Assembly (NCBI RefSeq): GCF_009914755.1 | Contig: NC_060928.1 | From: the human T2T-CHM13v2.0 reference genome, Homo sapiens | Reading direction: 5' to 3' (one strand) | DNA length: 64,000 bases | Shown: positions 1 through 14,065 of the stretch, one piece after another | How the letters are laid out: each line of letters begins with the position of its first letter | Position numbering within the stretch: position 1 is the first letter of the stretch | Position numbers and translations under genes: made by a program | The notes under the pieces: model-generated | What the model saw: only the letters and a program-made list of their open reading frames with translations | Database searches by the model: none | What the model was told of the DNA's origin: nothing

Positions 1-302
1 TGCGACAGGCGTGGTGGCAGGTATGACAGACACAATGATACATCAGCTGGACTCAGTGCTTGCCCACTGGCTACTTACAGAATAGGAATAGTTCTTCCCC
101 TAACAATTCTACCACTGAATGGGATTTCTTCATTTTTGTATTTCCCTAGCATTGCATTTATATCTTTACAAACCTTTCTAATTTTCTACCAGAGTCCATT
201 TTGCTTTCTATCTCATGTGTGTGTAACACATACATGCACACACACATATGCATACATGGATACTAAATTTATATTTATATTCCTATTTAAATGCCTCTTT
301 CC

Positions 303-790
303 AGTTATCTGTTATGGTCTAAAAAATACCCCAAGCTTCATGTCTTAAAACAGCCATAATTTTATGTCTCGTAATTTTATGAAGCAGGAATTTAGGCAAG
401 GCATTAGCACCGATGACTCACCTGTCTTCTATGATGTTTCCTGACTCTGCTGAGACGGCTAAAATTCTTAGGAGCTGAAAAGTCCAGGGATCAAGCAAAC
501 ATTTTTTTCTGTCTCTCTCCACGTAGCTTCTTCATTGTAGCTATTTGGGCTTCCTTATAATATGGTATCCTCAGGTAAGCTAAAGTTCTCACAATGCTAC
601 TCAGGGATTCAAAGACGAGGGTTCCAAACAGTCCAAATAGAACCAGAAACTGTCTCATGACCAGACATCAAAAGTCATTTCTTCCACATTCTATTGTTGA
701 GGCCAATCAAGAAGGCTACCCTAGATTCAGAGTGAGGGGAATTAGATTTACCTCTTAATGACAGGACTACCAATGTAGGACTACATATGT
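303..790 (-). mobile_element. MaLR LTR (MLT1 family), diverged
   Basis: MLT1-type phrases such as 'aaaaaatacccc aagctt..gtcttaaaacagc' and 'ccacattctattg..ctagattcagagtgaggggaattagatttacctctt'. Boundaries approximate. Confidence 0.65.
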
Positions 791-1029
791 ACTATGTATC
801 CTTAAGCTACATAGTACATACCTTGTCTTTTCTAATAGACAAAACATCTTTGGGGACAAGGTCTGTCTCATTAATCTTTGTGTCACCTCCAGGTGAATTA
901 ATATTAATTGACATTAGTTGCCACAACAAACTTCACGTTCTCTGTGACTTAATATTACAAAAGTTAATTTTTTATTTATAATGCATTTCAGTCCTTATCT
1001 TCCACCCTTAAATAGATCCCAGTGTCTAT

Positions 1030-1312
1030 ACTAGTTATGAGCGTCTCTGCATGGGTCTCGTCCAAGCACTCACTCACTCAGGATGTGGGCTGCTTCCAAC
1101 TTGTAGTTAAGCAACCCAAGGCAGTGACCTCTGTGTAACCACAACAGGGGAATAGGGTTGTATGGGATTCTGTGGAGTGTTTTATGGGTGCATAGGTTAC
1201 ATCACTTCTCCTCTCATCATTTTGGCTTAAATGTAGTTACACGGTCTCTAAGTGGAAAAGAGCCTGGGAAATATCAAGGAACACGCAAATATTTGAACTA
1301 GCAATTTCTGTC
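1030..1312 (-). mobile_element. MLT1 (J/K/L-like) LTR fragment
   Basis: 'acatcacttctcctctcatcattttggctt..agttacacgg..gcctgggaaatat' resembles the old MLT1 core. Confidence 0.45.
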
Positions 1313-1472
1313 ACACAAACTATTTTGTTTTCTTCTTTCTCTTTGGTCACTGGGTCTAGTCTAACATCAAGACTGTCTGGATGGTTCAAAATCCTTTTCA
1401 TCAGCTTAATCATCATGTGAAAATATGTTCCTCTTCTTAATCCATTGATTCATACACTAAAAGAGGAACATT

Positions 1473-1823
<351 letters not shown>

Positions 1824-2079
1824 CTAATATATACTTATCTACTGGTGGGGCAGGACATCCTAACCACGTTAAACCCTACCATTTGCAAAAGGTCAGTCCT
1901 GTTCCTGTTCTCTTGGAGGAAGTTTGTTTTCATTTATCTCAGAGGTACTTGACTTTAATTTGTGAGTTATTTTGCTGCTAACCATTGTGGCCAAATCTGG
2001 AGGAGAGGGAAAAGTTTATGACAGGTTATGCCTCGTGGTCACACTGTCCTCTTCCTTCCCCAGTATGAATGATCAAGGT

Positions 2080-2283
2080 AATAGCCTCCATCCATGTTGC
2101 TACAAAATACATGATTTTGTTCTTTTTTAGGGCTGAATTTCATTGTGTGTGTGTGTGTGTGTGTATTTCAATATTTTTATGACAGGATTTCATTGTGTAC
2201 ATATATACACACAAATAGAGCCATAAATATATATACACATTGTGTGTGTGTATATCTATATTTCATGGTATGTGTGATGTGTA

Positions 2284-2331
<48 letters not shown>

Positions 2332-2825
2332 ATATATATATATATATATACATATCATTGCATGTGTATATTAGCTTCATCCAACCATCCATTGATGAAT
2401 GCTTAGGCTTAGTTGATTCTATGTCTTTGCTCTTGTGAACAGTGCTATGACAAACATATGAGTGCAGGTATCTTTTCTGACATAAAGATGTATTTTTCTT
2501 TGGATAGATACCCAGTAGTGTGATTGCTGGATAGAATGGCAGTTCTAGTTTTAGTTTTTTGAGAAGGCTCCATATTGCTTTTCCAAGAGGTTGTACTAAT
2601 TTACATTCCCACCAACAGTGTTTAAGTGTTCCTTCTTGTCCACATCCTCGCTAACGTCTGTTATTTTTTGACTTTTTAGTAATAGCCATTCTGACATGTA
2701 TAAGATCACATCTCATTGTGGTTTTAATTTGCATTTCTCTAGATAGTATTGATGTTTAGCATTTTTTGATATACTTGTTGGCCATGTGTATGTCTTCCCT
2801 TTAAAATTGTCTATTCATGTCCTTT
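2080..2825 (-). mobile_element. L1 3' region (L1PB/L1MA-like)
   Basis: Antisense L1 phrases 'tccatccatgttgc', 'atacccagtagtgtgattgctgga', 'ttgtactaatttacattcccaccaacagtg' and 'tctcattgtggttttaatttgcatttctct'. Confidence 0.9.
2144..2352. repeat. Compound (TG)n/(TA)n microsatellite inside L1
   Basis: Visible TG and TA dinucleotide runs. Confidence 0.95.
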
Positions 2826-3659
2826 ACCAAAAATACATTTTAAGTAAAACCGTCTTAACAATGTTATGGACAAACACAAATACAAAAATTATTGATAAAA
2901 CTGTACAGTTACAGATGAACTTAAAAACTTCAAAGTGTCACACATTATATCAGAATAATCAGATACATGATGAAGAGGACAGTAACAATGGCCCTACAAT
3001 TGAGAAGATACTCTCAAAGAGATTAAGTAACTTGAACAAGTTAATAAGTTTTTTTTAATAAAGCAAAATCTAGAGCTAGTTTTCTAAATTCAAAGTCAAA
3101 ATATATTATCCTGGAAAAATAAAAGGACTAAATGTATGAATAATCTGTCTTTACTGCCCGTACCATTGAGTCACATTTTTTAGGTGTTTTTTTTTTTTTT
3201 TTCAAAGACTTATGGTAAATTTATTGAAGGTCATTAATTCTGGATTTAGAAGAGACTGTTAAATCTTACAGGCTTGGAAATCTTGTCATATATGTTTATG
3301 ACTAAAGGAATTGAATGAGCTTGTTTTAGAGAAGCTGAGGGTAGACATGCCAGCTGTGGATATTTAATAGACTGTCAGAGCAAAGAGGTATTACACTACT
3401 CCTCAAAAAAGCAAAATTTAAACATTGGGTAGCAATTACCTAGAAGAAGAGAAGGCAGCCATATCTCAAAGTAAGGAACTGTTTCACAGTTAGAAGAGTC
3501 AGACAGTGGAGTTGTCTTCCCTAAAAGGTGTTCTATAGTAGGAGATTTTTCAAGTTAAAACTGCATGACCCTCTGGCATGACTTCATAAGAAAACAAAAA
3601 GATTCCGGCAGTAAGCAGAAGATTGGATTTTGGGACTCCTATGGGGTCACTCAACCAAA

Positions 3660-3780
3660 TTATTAGAATTACAGAATGCTAGAAATGAAAGAAACCTTGG
3701 ATAATACACCTTTACACCTCACTTTTAAAGATGAGAAACTAGAACTGTAGAAGTTAATTTATCTGCTTAATATCATGAAG
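3660..3780 (-). mobile_element. MIR fragment
   Basis: MIR core 'ctcacttttaaagatgagaaactaga..agaagttaa'. Confidence 0.55.
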
Positions 3781-4677
3781 CAGAATCTTTATTAGCAAAA
3801 TCATAAATAAATCATTGAACTGAAAGAGAAGCTACAGAATTTTCAAGTCAATTTAACCATCAGGCAGTGATTACCAAGTTACTCTGATAGTCTTTCAGGA
3901 AAGCAAGACTTTTATTGCAATGTGGTTTGCCAATGCTATGTGGTTTTTACTGAGAAATTGATGTGACTTAGAAGCAATTGTCTCAATTTATACTGTCCCT
4001 TTGGCAAAGATTTATTTTATTTGCTATGGTTCATTTAGTTGAATCTGTAACATTCACCAAACCTAACAGTAAAGGGGAGGCCTGCCAGTATGACTTAGAA
4101 TCTCATAAACAAAAGAAACATAACTGCAACCATGCGGAGGCCAACTCATCAGTTCTTAAGGATTCCTTGGTAGAAAAGACCCATGGGATAAAGCTCTGAA
4201 GAGGACATAAATATGTTCAGTCATCCATCCTATTATTAATTAATTCACTCATTAAATATTTATTGAGCCCCTACTATGTGCCACACAGGCATTTTTTATT
4301 CATATTTTTGCACACTTGTGGTAATTTAGTGCAGAATAGGTCATTTCTTAATTTCTAATCAGTATTTATTTCAAACTCAAGATAAAAAATAACTCAGATA
4401 CTCTATTCTGAAATGCATGCTATTAAATTTCAGAGGAAAACTCAAATAAAACAGAGATCTAAATCACAATCTAAATATTTGCACACCAGTCAGATAAACA
4501 GCTACCACCAATGTCTCAGCATATTCTAGGTTTGGGAGATTTAGTAAACATATATAGAAAGGCATAGAAGAGTAAGATGCATATTATTTCAAATGAGGGC
4601 AACATAACACATCAACATTTGCTGTGCATAAACTCTGTGCCGAGTCCTACTTTGGAAAATCCCATATACAATATTTC

Positions 4678-5031
<354 letters not shown>

Positions 5032-5274
5032 TAGACCGATTTTAGAGATAAGAAAGCTGGTCCTTAGGAAGATTATATAACTGGCAAATGCTGACATTCA
5101 ACCATATCTTCTAACTACAAGCTCATATTTTTTCTTACTAAATAAAACAATTGCTAGAAGAATAAAACAACAAATATGATAAGAAGCAGAAAATGTATTT
5201 GAGTAACCAGAACTGGATACACCTTGCCTAACTTCATTAAAATCTTACAAATAGACCCCCCCTAAACAAAATGG

Positions 5275-5400
5275 GATAATTTTATCCTTTATATATATGA
5301 AACTGAAGCTTAAGGAGGTTAGCAATTACTTAATTCCACATTGCTTTAAAACAGTCAAGTGTTATTTCAAGGCTCGGTCATCCTGACTTCTAAGCCAGCA
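5275..5400 (-). mobile_element. MIR fragment
   Basis: MIR core 'atgaaactgaagcttaaggaggttagcaattact..tgacttctaagcc'. Confidence 0.6.
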
Positions 5401-6879
5401 ATCATCAGCTGTTATTCTGAACTTCATGCTTTTCTCAAAGATTCTGTCTTTTCTGGTTCCGGTTGGCAAAAACTGAAGTTTCCCTAGATCTCTGTCTTTT
5501 AAAAAACTTTCTTCCTCAGCTATAAAGCCATGTATTTTTACTGAGCACTGGCCACCTGGAACAATGCCACATTTTTCTGACTCTACTGGAACTAGGTATG
5601 CCCCTTTATATGTGCTTTTTACCAGAGATATATACATGGAATTTCTGGAGTTCCTTCCCTGGACTACCTGAATAAAGTTGGTATGTTTCTCCTTTGTACC
5701 TTCCTCCATCTTAGTGCCTGGGAGGCAGACATGATAGTGCTTTATCAACCATCTTAAGCCACAAGAGTAAGAGCCACAATCCCGGGTCAGTGATGCACAG
5801 AGAATAAAATGTTCCAAAACTTGGACAAATCTGTAGGACCACCAAAGTGAACCTGGACTGCCTATGCCCACCATCTTTTTACAAAAGGGAACAAAAATGT
5901 ATGTCCACTATTTTTTTTTTTTTGTCATATGCAGTTGAACTTAACCAAAGCGGGCAAGTGTAAACTGCAAAATATAAGAATAGCCCTGAGTGTGCATCCG
6001 TTTCAATTCAAGAAGTATTTATTGAAGAACTATTGGGTGAGCAGCACTGTGGGTGAGAATATAGGAAATGAAAAAAAGCACTAGCTTTTAGAAAGGAACA
6101 ATTCTTGGAAGGCAAAAATAACCATTAATTAATGAAAACATAGCAGTTCTGAAGAAATGGCAATAATAATGAAGACCTCACCAGCAAAATCACTGGAAAG
6201 AATGAAAACAGCTATTTTAAGGGTCTTATTTTAAACAAATTGTGTAAATATTGACAAATAGAGATTAAAACATGGTCAATAAATTATAAAGTTACTCTTA
6301 GGAGAACCATCAATGAGGTTAGTTCCTTTGATTAAGTAGAAAATTGGAGAGAGGGAATTAATTCCTATAGGTAGTACATGAAAAAAGTATTTAGACAATC
6401 CATATTATTAATTTGGGACCAGTTCATATTGGCTTCCTCTTGGTGAGATTTAGGAGCAATAAGTAGCCAGGACATTCCTTGATTTTATTTGTCTCTGGGA
6501 ATTGTGAACATTAGTGGGTACCATTGTGGAAAACAATAAAGTCAATATGAGGTCCTCATTAAAAAAATTCACTACTTCTTACCACGTTGCTGGCTCCATG
6601 GTATTGATACGTGTGCTCTCTCTGTGTGTGCCAAATACGTATTAGGAAATGAAAAATAATAAGAAAGTACTTTGAGAAATTAATTTTTTAAATATTTCAC
6701 AACTGTATGGAGGTATAGACAGAAGATACATTTAGGCTTTTATGTTCATTCATTCAAGTTATGTTAATGAACTTTAGAAAAGCTGCCTTGTGACAGAGAT
6801 TGTTATTGTTATCAAAGATCCATGTGTTTCTTAGCTTCTCAGCACATACTTTGGTTTAAATCCTGAGACTGAGCTCCGA

Positions 6880-7165
6880 AAAATAAAGTGTAGGTGATTA
6901 TGATGTAAGTCAATTTCAGGAACACCACACCCTAAAATATCTCACAGAAACATCCAGCTCTCTTTCTTGTTGCTGTTGTGACCAGAGAAACATCATGGCT
7001 CCAAGATGGAGAGCCAGCTGTTTCTGGGAGAGTCAGCTGTTCCTGGGAGAGCCAGCTGTTTCACAGCATTGACTATGATGTGAACAAAAAGTAAACTTGT
7101 GTTGTTAATTCATTAAGATTTCAAGTTTTATTTATGCAGTACCAAAGAGTTTGTTGTTGAGTGAG
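6880..7165 (+). mobile_element. MaLR LTR (MLT1J/H-like), 5' LTR of a partial MaLR element
   Basis: LTR 3' motif 'gtgaacaaaaagtaaacttgtgttgttaattcattaagattt', followed directly by MaLR-internal sequence. Confidence 0.55.
7008..7064. repeat. 3 x 19-bp tandem repeat (GGAGAGYCAGCTGTTYCTG)
   Basis: Units ggagagccagctgtttctg / ggagagtcagctgttcctg / ggagagccagctgtttcac. Confidence 0.9.
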
Positions 7166-7900
7166 GGAATTGATACTTGAAATAGGGTACTGCTGGTACA
7201 TATACACCATGGAATACTATGCAGCCATAAAAAAGAATGATACCATGTCCTTTGCAGCATCACTGATGCAGCTAGAGGCCATAATCCTAAATGAATTAAT
7301 GTAGGAACAGAAAACCAAATACTGCATGTTCTCACTTATAAGTGGGGGCTAAACACTGAGTACACATGGACACAAAGAAGGGAACAATAGACACTGGGAT
7401 CTATTTGAGGGTGGAAGGTAAGGACTGAAAAGCTACCTACCAGGCACTATGCTTATTACCTTGGTGATGAAATTGTACATCAAACCCCGAGACATGTAAC
7501 TTACCCATGTGACAAACCTGCATATGCATCCCCTGAACGTAAAAATAAAGTTAGAAAGAAAAAAAAAAGAAAAACGAAGCTAAATTATGTAGCATTGACT
7601 TACTGGTCAGGTCCTGGGCAGTGAGGTAACTGTTCATTGGCTGCTGGAAAAATTGTCATATATGTTAAACTATGGACAAAAATTTGGAAAACCCTTTGCC
7701 ATTTTGAAATAAGGAAATGAACTATGGGCTTTCTGACGAAAAGGTTGAAAATCAGAATGGTGTAATGTCTTTTGGCTGCATTTGGCAAGGTCTATTTAGA
7801 GTAACACATAAGATCAGGAAAGATTAGAGTGCAAGTGGAAATTTACAAACAGAGAGAGAAATTCTTGAAAATGGAGATTCAGAGCCTTAAAGGAAAAAGA
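7166..7900 (+). mobile_element. MLT1-int (MaLR internal region), interrupted by L1PA
   Basis: 'aattgatacttgaaatagggtactgctg' [L1] 'aagctaaattatgtagcattgacttactggtcagg..gcagtgaggtaactg..gctggaaaaat' resembles the start of MLT1-int. Confidence 0.6.
7194..7574 (+). mobile_element. L1PA (PA13-16-like) 3' end, 5'-truncated
   Basis: 'tatacaccatggaatactatgcagccataaaaaagaatga', 'atgttctcacttataagtggg', 'acaaacctgcatatg..aaataaagtt' and an A-rich tail. Confidence 0.93.
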
Positions 7901-8290
7901 ACTCTCATATGCTGCTAGAAAGGAACAAATTTGGTACTAACACCTTGGGAAACTGGTAATTTCTAACACTGAATACATGTATGTCTACTACTCAGAATTC
8001 CTACTTCAAGGTGTATACGAAACAGAAATATGTGTATATATTCACCAAAGTATATGTACTGGAATGTTCATAGAAGCCCTCTTCAAAACAGCCAAAAACT
8101 GGAAATTACCCAAGTCTTCAACAACATTAGAATGGATACATACATTGCAGAATAGTCACAAAATGGAATATTACACAGCAATGAACTAACTACGATATTA
8201 ACAATATAGCCGAATTGCCCCAACAGAATGTTGAACCAAGAAAGCCAGATGCAAGAGCATGTTAAAGTTTTAATATAGTTTGTTTATGTA
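7901..8290 (+). mobile_element. Old L1 (L1ME/MD-like) 3' fragment
   Basis: 'gaatgttcatagaagc..gccaaaaactggaaattacccaag..gaatggata..aatggaatattacacagcaatgaa'. Confidence 0.75.
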
Positions 8291-9519
8291 TAATCAAGAA
8301 TCACTTAAAATTACTAACACCAAAATTAACCATGATCATAAACCACAAATGTTTATATTTACTTTTGAAAGTTACAATAATGTCTATCTTGAAGCCATTA
8401 AAATAAACTTTGAAATAAGTAATAAGTGATTTTTTTACATGTTTTAAAAGCACAGAAAATTATGCAGGTGACATTTTAAATACAATGAAGAAAAAAGTTA
8501 ACATATCCTGTGTGTGAATTCCTGTGGAAAGTCTAGACAACATTGTAGCTACATTCTGTGCATGAGCCCCGCTAAACACAGTAGAGTTTTACACTACAAC
8601 TCATCTCCAATTTGATTAACATCTGTCTGTTGTCTATGTGACTCAGCGGTTTGTAGTGCAATGAAGGGATTTTAAAAACTCTTATTTCAAATTGATTTCT
8701 AGCTTTTATAATAAAACTACATATATACCTTCTAAAGTTTAACAGTCTGGTTCCTTGAATATCAAATCAGTATAGAAAATGTAATTTCATTATTTTGATT
8801 CTTTGTGCAAATTGTTTTTTTGGTCTATAAAAACCATTTAGATTTAAAAAAAGGTCGTGCCCTGGTTTTTTTTCTCATTGTACAGAAGCTATTAACTGGG
8901 GTTTAAATGAGCTGACCAATTTGCTGTAATGCCTGAAATGGACTCTACAACATACAGTTTTGCTATTTAAAAGTTATTTATAGTATCATATTTAAAGTAG
9001 TTAGGATGTTTTGCAGTCTAGTCAGTATCAGAGTTTGCTGAACTAAGAGCAACAAAAGATTCTTTTCTTTTCCAGGAAAAAGTGAATCAATTCTATGATA
9101 AGGGCTGGACAAAAAATTGGAACAGCACCTGATTCATGAGATGAGATAGTTACATTTTTTTTTCAGAAAATGGGAAATCCATCACCATTTTAAGGCAGAC
9201 AGGTTTTTTTTTTAAATGACATCAACAACTGACATTTAGTAAATTGTGAACCCACAATATTGTTCTTTTTTATCAAATGACATCACCAAAGCAATCAATC
9301 ATCTTCCAGTCAAACTCTCGTTCCTAACATTATTTAATGTTACCTCCTGGCCACAGAAGGCCTCCCCTTTTCTTCACTCAGGAGCCCGAAAGCTGTAGTG
9401 TTTTGACCGTTGAACAGGATCCATTGCAGCACTGCATAGTCTTTCTCTTAAGATGATTGAAAAAAAAAATATGTTTCTGGTCACTGATTTTGATGTATAG
9501 TATCTTGCCAGGTATGGGG

Positions 9520-10374
9520 AGGTATAGAAGTTGCTCCATACATTGGGACCCACTGGTCATATCGAATAGTGCTCCATGTAAAAGTTACCAGGTTAATGCA
9601 GTGTTAAAATGGACTGCTAAATCCACTGAAGCAATGTTGGAGGCAATATGCTGTGAATAGGAAGAGCCATCCTCCAAAATGCAGTATACACATTTAATCA
9701 GAGACCTCTTCTTAGTGCTGTGTTCCCAAGTGGAAGACATAGGTCCAGAAACCAAGATTTAGACCCAGGAGTCTAATCACTCCAATGGCATACTGGTGTT
9801 CTTTGTGCTTCCTGTCCCCATGACTTTGGGCTTTGCATGGGAGGACTCTTGCAAATTTCCATGCAACCAGCACCCCATTACAAACTCCAACTGCCCCCAA
9901 GGCACTCTGGGCACTTTTTGTCCAGAGTCACACAGATCAAAGAGGATTAGCAGGAAGAGACAGTACTGTCACCCTGGAAAAGGGGTCAAAAAGTGCAGAA
10001 CTCTTGGGAACCTCTTGGTAGTCTTTGCCCAGTTGTGATGGTAAACAGACAAGGGCAGCAATCCTAGTCTGGGAAGTATGTGGTAAACATGAGCTAAGCC
10101 ACCAAAAACAATGAAGGTTTGGATCACACTAACAGTTATACTACTGAGATCAGCAGACTTGATAGCTGAATGTAAATGGCAGATTTGACCATGAAGGAGA
10201 AAGACGATGAGTACCAGTTGCAGTCCTGAACCAACTGGTAATAGGGTCTGAAGATCATCTCATCGATCTTCCCTTGTCTGAACTCCCTCAAGTAGAGGCT
10301 CCCTGGGATCCTGGAAGTACTGCCCCACCAAGCATAGATGAAGGAGATTCTTGCAGTACAAGAGACAGATAGAC
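9520..10374 (+). mobile_element. ERVL-class internal remnant (ERV3-16A3-int-like): integrase C-terminus plus dUTPase
   Basis: 9666-9728 translates AILQNAVYTFNQRPLLSAVFP (ERVL integrase-like). 9879-9926 translates YKLQLPPRHSGHFLSR (ERVL dUTPase-like). Ends next to an LTR16. Confidence 0.75.
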
Positions 10375-10777
10375 TGCAACAGCCATGAGCATGTGTCCCA
10401 CATATCTTCGCAAGACACCCGGCTTGCTGACAGCCTCCAGCTGGGATCATCAGAATCTGTCTCAGCTCCAGCCTAGGGCTGAATGTTTCAAGTTATGAAT
10501 GGGCAAGGTGGGCATACTAGGATTCCTCTGTTTTTGTTCAACAGGTGTCTCCTCTAATGGGCTATCTTTGCTCTGGAGTTTTACACTGGATTGAAGGAGG
10601 CTTTGGTAGATTTTCATTCTAGTTTTAGGCTGTACATGACTAGCACTCTTCCTTCCTCCATTTCTTTTCACCAGTGTGAGGTGGGGTCTGCTTGTTCTCA
10701 ATTTATCTCTGACACACAAACCTCTTATACTACGAATGCCATTTTGCGCCTGCCTCCTGGAGGACATAAATGACACA
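10375..10777 (+). mobile_element. LTR16-type 3' LTR (ERVL)
   Basis: TG..CA termini. 'tgacagcctccagctg..ctcagct', 'ctctaatgggctatctttgctctggag', and the end 'tgcctcctggaggacataaatgacaca'. Confidence 0.75.
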
Positions 10778-11846
10778 AGAAGATGGGGATTCAACAATAT
10801 TCCGTTTTAGTTAAATACTTACATTTTTTTGGTTCTCATTAAATGGGAACATAATTCTTCTTACTGGAATTTGTTGTGAGATTAAGGTTGATAAATAAGT
10901 AAATGATCTCAAATATAAGAGGCTGTTCAATAAACGTTGAACCCATCTTTCATTTTTATATTTAATACAAAATTTTGAAAACATACTACCAAGACCTTTT
11001 GATTTTATTGTACTTAAAATTATCATTTGAATTGTAACTGAGAAAGGCTGAGAAGAGAAATTTTAGCTCATCTTTTAGTTTAAGTTTTACAGTGACATCT
11101 TAAGGAAAGTATAAAACACGTGACTTTTGTTGTTGATTAACATCTCTCTGTTGCTCTTTCTTGTAACTTTCTCAGCATAATTTCCTCACTGGGCTTTTGG
11201 AGAGAATTTCTATGTTTTCTGAAACTTCAGCAGGATGCTGTAATTGTTTCTGAGTGGATCAGTTACAGTACAACCTTGGAATGCTTTGCAGTCCAATGTT
11301 TTCTTCAACAATTCAGTATTTTGATTTTAGTTGATGTTAGAATGATACATTTTGCAATATGAAGTCTTAGTGATGGGAATGGGATGCAATTAAAAGAAAT
11401 GCAGGCCAGGCTTTGCCCTTATTTTAAAAGTTTACTAGTTGTACTTATTGATTATATTCTGTACTAATATAGAGCAAGTTAGAAGCCTCTTCCTTTTAAA
11501 AAAAATTAGAGCATATTCAAAATAAGCTCTTGAAGAACAACACTAAAAGGCAAAATTAGGTATAAATCAAGCATATTTAAATAATTTATCATGCTTTTTT
11601 TGCTTGAAAGTACACCGTGTGTATACATATATGTATGTTTTTAATATAATAATATTTAAAACATGCAATCTTACAAATTTGAAAGCCACCAAAATTGACT
11701 ATACAAGTACATCTTCATAAAGAATACTAGTATCCAAAATACTCAAATACAAAATCTCTAATTTACTCACCTCCAAATTATTCTCCAAAGAGATTTAAAA
11801 ATAACACTAAAAATGCTAACTAGATTATGTTATAAAAAATAAAAAT

Positions 11847-12152
<306 letters not shown>

Positions 12153-12182
12153 TATTCCTTACAACTCTCTAGCTTTAAAAGT

Positions 12183-13033
12183 AATAGACTTTATTTTACA
12201 GCAGTTTTGCTGTACCAAAAAATTAAGACGATAGTAAGGAAATTTCTGATGTGCCTTCCCCCCTCCCCCAGTTTCTCCAATTATTAATCTTAACATCTTA
12301 CATTAATACGGGGCATTTGGAACAACTAATGAACAAATATTAATATATAATTATGAATTAAATCCATGGTTTATTAAAATTTTCTTATTATGTTTTACCT
12401 AATGTCCTTTTTACTTTTTCAGGATTCCATCCACGATCCCACATGACATTTAGTTGCCATGTCTCCTTAGGGCCTTCCTGGCTTTGACACTTTGTTTTTT
12501 TTTTTTTTCACGTCCTTGACTAATTTTGAGGAGCACTGTTGAGACATAGTGCAGGACAATCCTCTATTAGAATTTGGTGCTTTTTCTCCTGATGAAACTA
12601 GGGTTGTAGGTTTTTGGGAGGAAGATCACAAAGGTAAAGTGTCATTTTCATCGTATCACTGCCAGGGTCCATATGGTTTGCCTGGCTGCATCTAGCTTCT
12701 CAGGTTTCCCACGGAAGTTACCCTTGCCCTTTCTCCTCCCCATACCTTACTCTTTGGGAGGAATTCTCCATGTATAGCCCACATTTAACATCTCCTCCCT
12801 TTAGAAAACAGTATTCACATAGATTATTTGAGATTCTTCTGCTCAGGAGGTTTGTCTACTCACCATCATTTATTTGTTTATTCAGTTGTTTATTTTGTCA
12901 GTAAGGACTCATAGGTATTTATTTTCTAGTTTGGGTTATAATCTGAAACTTTATTATTTATTTTCTCTCTTTGGTTGTTCTAGCTTTGGCTATTGGAAGC
13001 TCTTTCAGTTGGTTCTGTGCCCCTTTGGCATAC

Positions 13034-13087
<54 letters not shown>

Positions 13088-13760
13088 CTTTCTTAGAACT
13101 CTTGTTTTCTGCACTATAAGATGTTCCAAGTTTACCTTGTGCATTTTCTGTTCCATTCCTAGAATGAGCCATTTCTCAAAGAGTCTTGGTTCCTTTTATT
13201 GGAGAATGGTACTGGAAACCAAGATAGGGTGCTAGGCATACTCACTGCTACTGGGGAGTCATTTGTTTATGTGAGTATAACAAGTCATGCATATACAATA
13301 TCTATAATACTTCTAATTTTAACTATCTGTAACTATATTAAGCAAAACACGGGTTCTTACCAATGTTCCAGCACTAATCGGGATCACTGTAGCCGTCCCC
13401 CACCCCAGCCAACCAGTTTATCTGTAAATTCCACAAGAACAGTGAGAAACTTAGCTGCCAGCACACTCTATCCAGTTATTTGCTCTGTTGCAGTATTTGC
13501 GTATAACAATTTCAGAAATGTGAACCTTTTACCCATGGTGGCAAACAACTAGATAAACTAGAATACAGTTACTCTATTCAAATCCTTTTGCCTTTATTCT
13601 TATGGACACAATTCATTTCCAAATTTACTGAGGTCTTCACTTTTTTGTCCCAACCCCTTTAGTAAGGTTGTTTCATACCTTTGTGATACATTGGGATACT
13701 CCTGCTACAGAATGTATTCCTTCCTGAAAATCCTGACTTCCTAAGCCATTTTTATAATTT
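12183..13760 (-). mobile_element. L1MC/L1MD-type 3' region
   Basis: 'agactttattttacagcagtttt', 'ttttacctaatgtccttt..aggattccatccacgat..acatttagttgccatgtctccttagg' and 'gagccatttctcaaagagtcttggttccttttattggagaatggta'. Confidence 0.8.
13037..13085. repeat. (GT)n microsatellite, ~24 units
   Basis: Uninterrupted GT run. Confidence 0.98.
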
Positions 13761-13854
13761 GCATACTGCTCAGAGTGTTTTTCTAGAGTCTGTTAAAATT
13801 AGGATGTCATTACTAGCCAAGTAATAATTATCATGGGGATAATGGGGCGATAAC

Positions 13855-14029
13855 TATTTATTTATTTATTTATTTATTTTTTGAGACACAGTCTTGCTCT
13901 GTTGCCCAGGCTGGAGTGCAGGGGCACTATCTCAGCTCACTGCACCCTCTGCTTCCCCAGTTCAAGCAATTCTCCTGCCTCAGCCTCCTGAGTAGCTGGG
14001 ATTACAGGTGCCTGCCAGCACGCCCATCT

Positions 14030-14065
<36 letters not shown>

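Noticed and set aside
5362-5874. Longest supplied ORF (170 aa, minus strand)
   Set aside because: No recognisable domain. It overlaps a MIR and LTR-like decayed sequence, and has no promoter or splice support. Length is compatible with chance.
7008-7064. CRISPR-like or prokaryotic repeat array
   Set aside because: The units are directly adjacent with no spacers, there are no cas genes, and the DNA is primate.
8638-8648. ARE/AP-1-like GTGACTCAGCG (also TGAGTCA at 57101-57107)
   Set aside because: Isolated short motifs at chance frequency, with no supporting context.
9060-9205. Two good-looking splice acceptors (ttcttttcttttccag ending 9075; tttttttttcag ending 9166)
   Set aside because: No convincing donor or coding frame. 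Such motifs are common in T-rich DNA and need transcript evidence.
9378-10797. Cluster of ORFs suggesting a gene or processed pseudogene
   Set aside because: Explained by ERVL internal sequence plus LTR16. No poly(A) or TSD, and no resemblance to a cellular protein.
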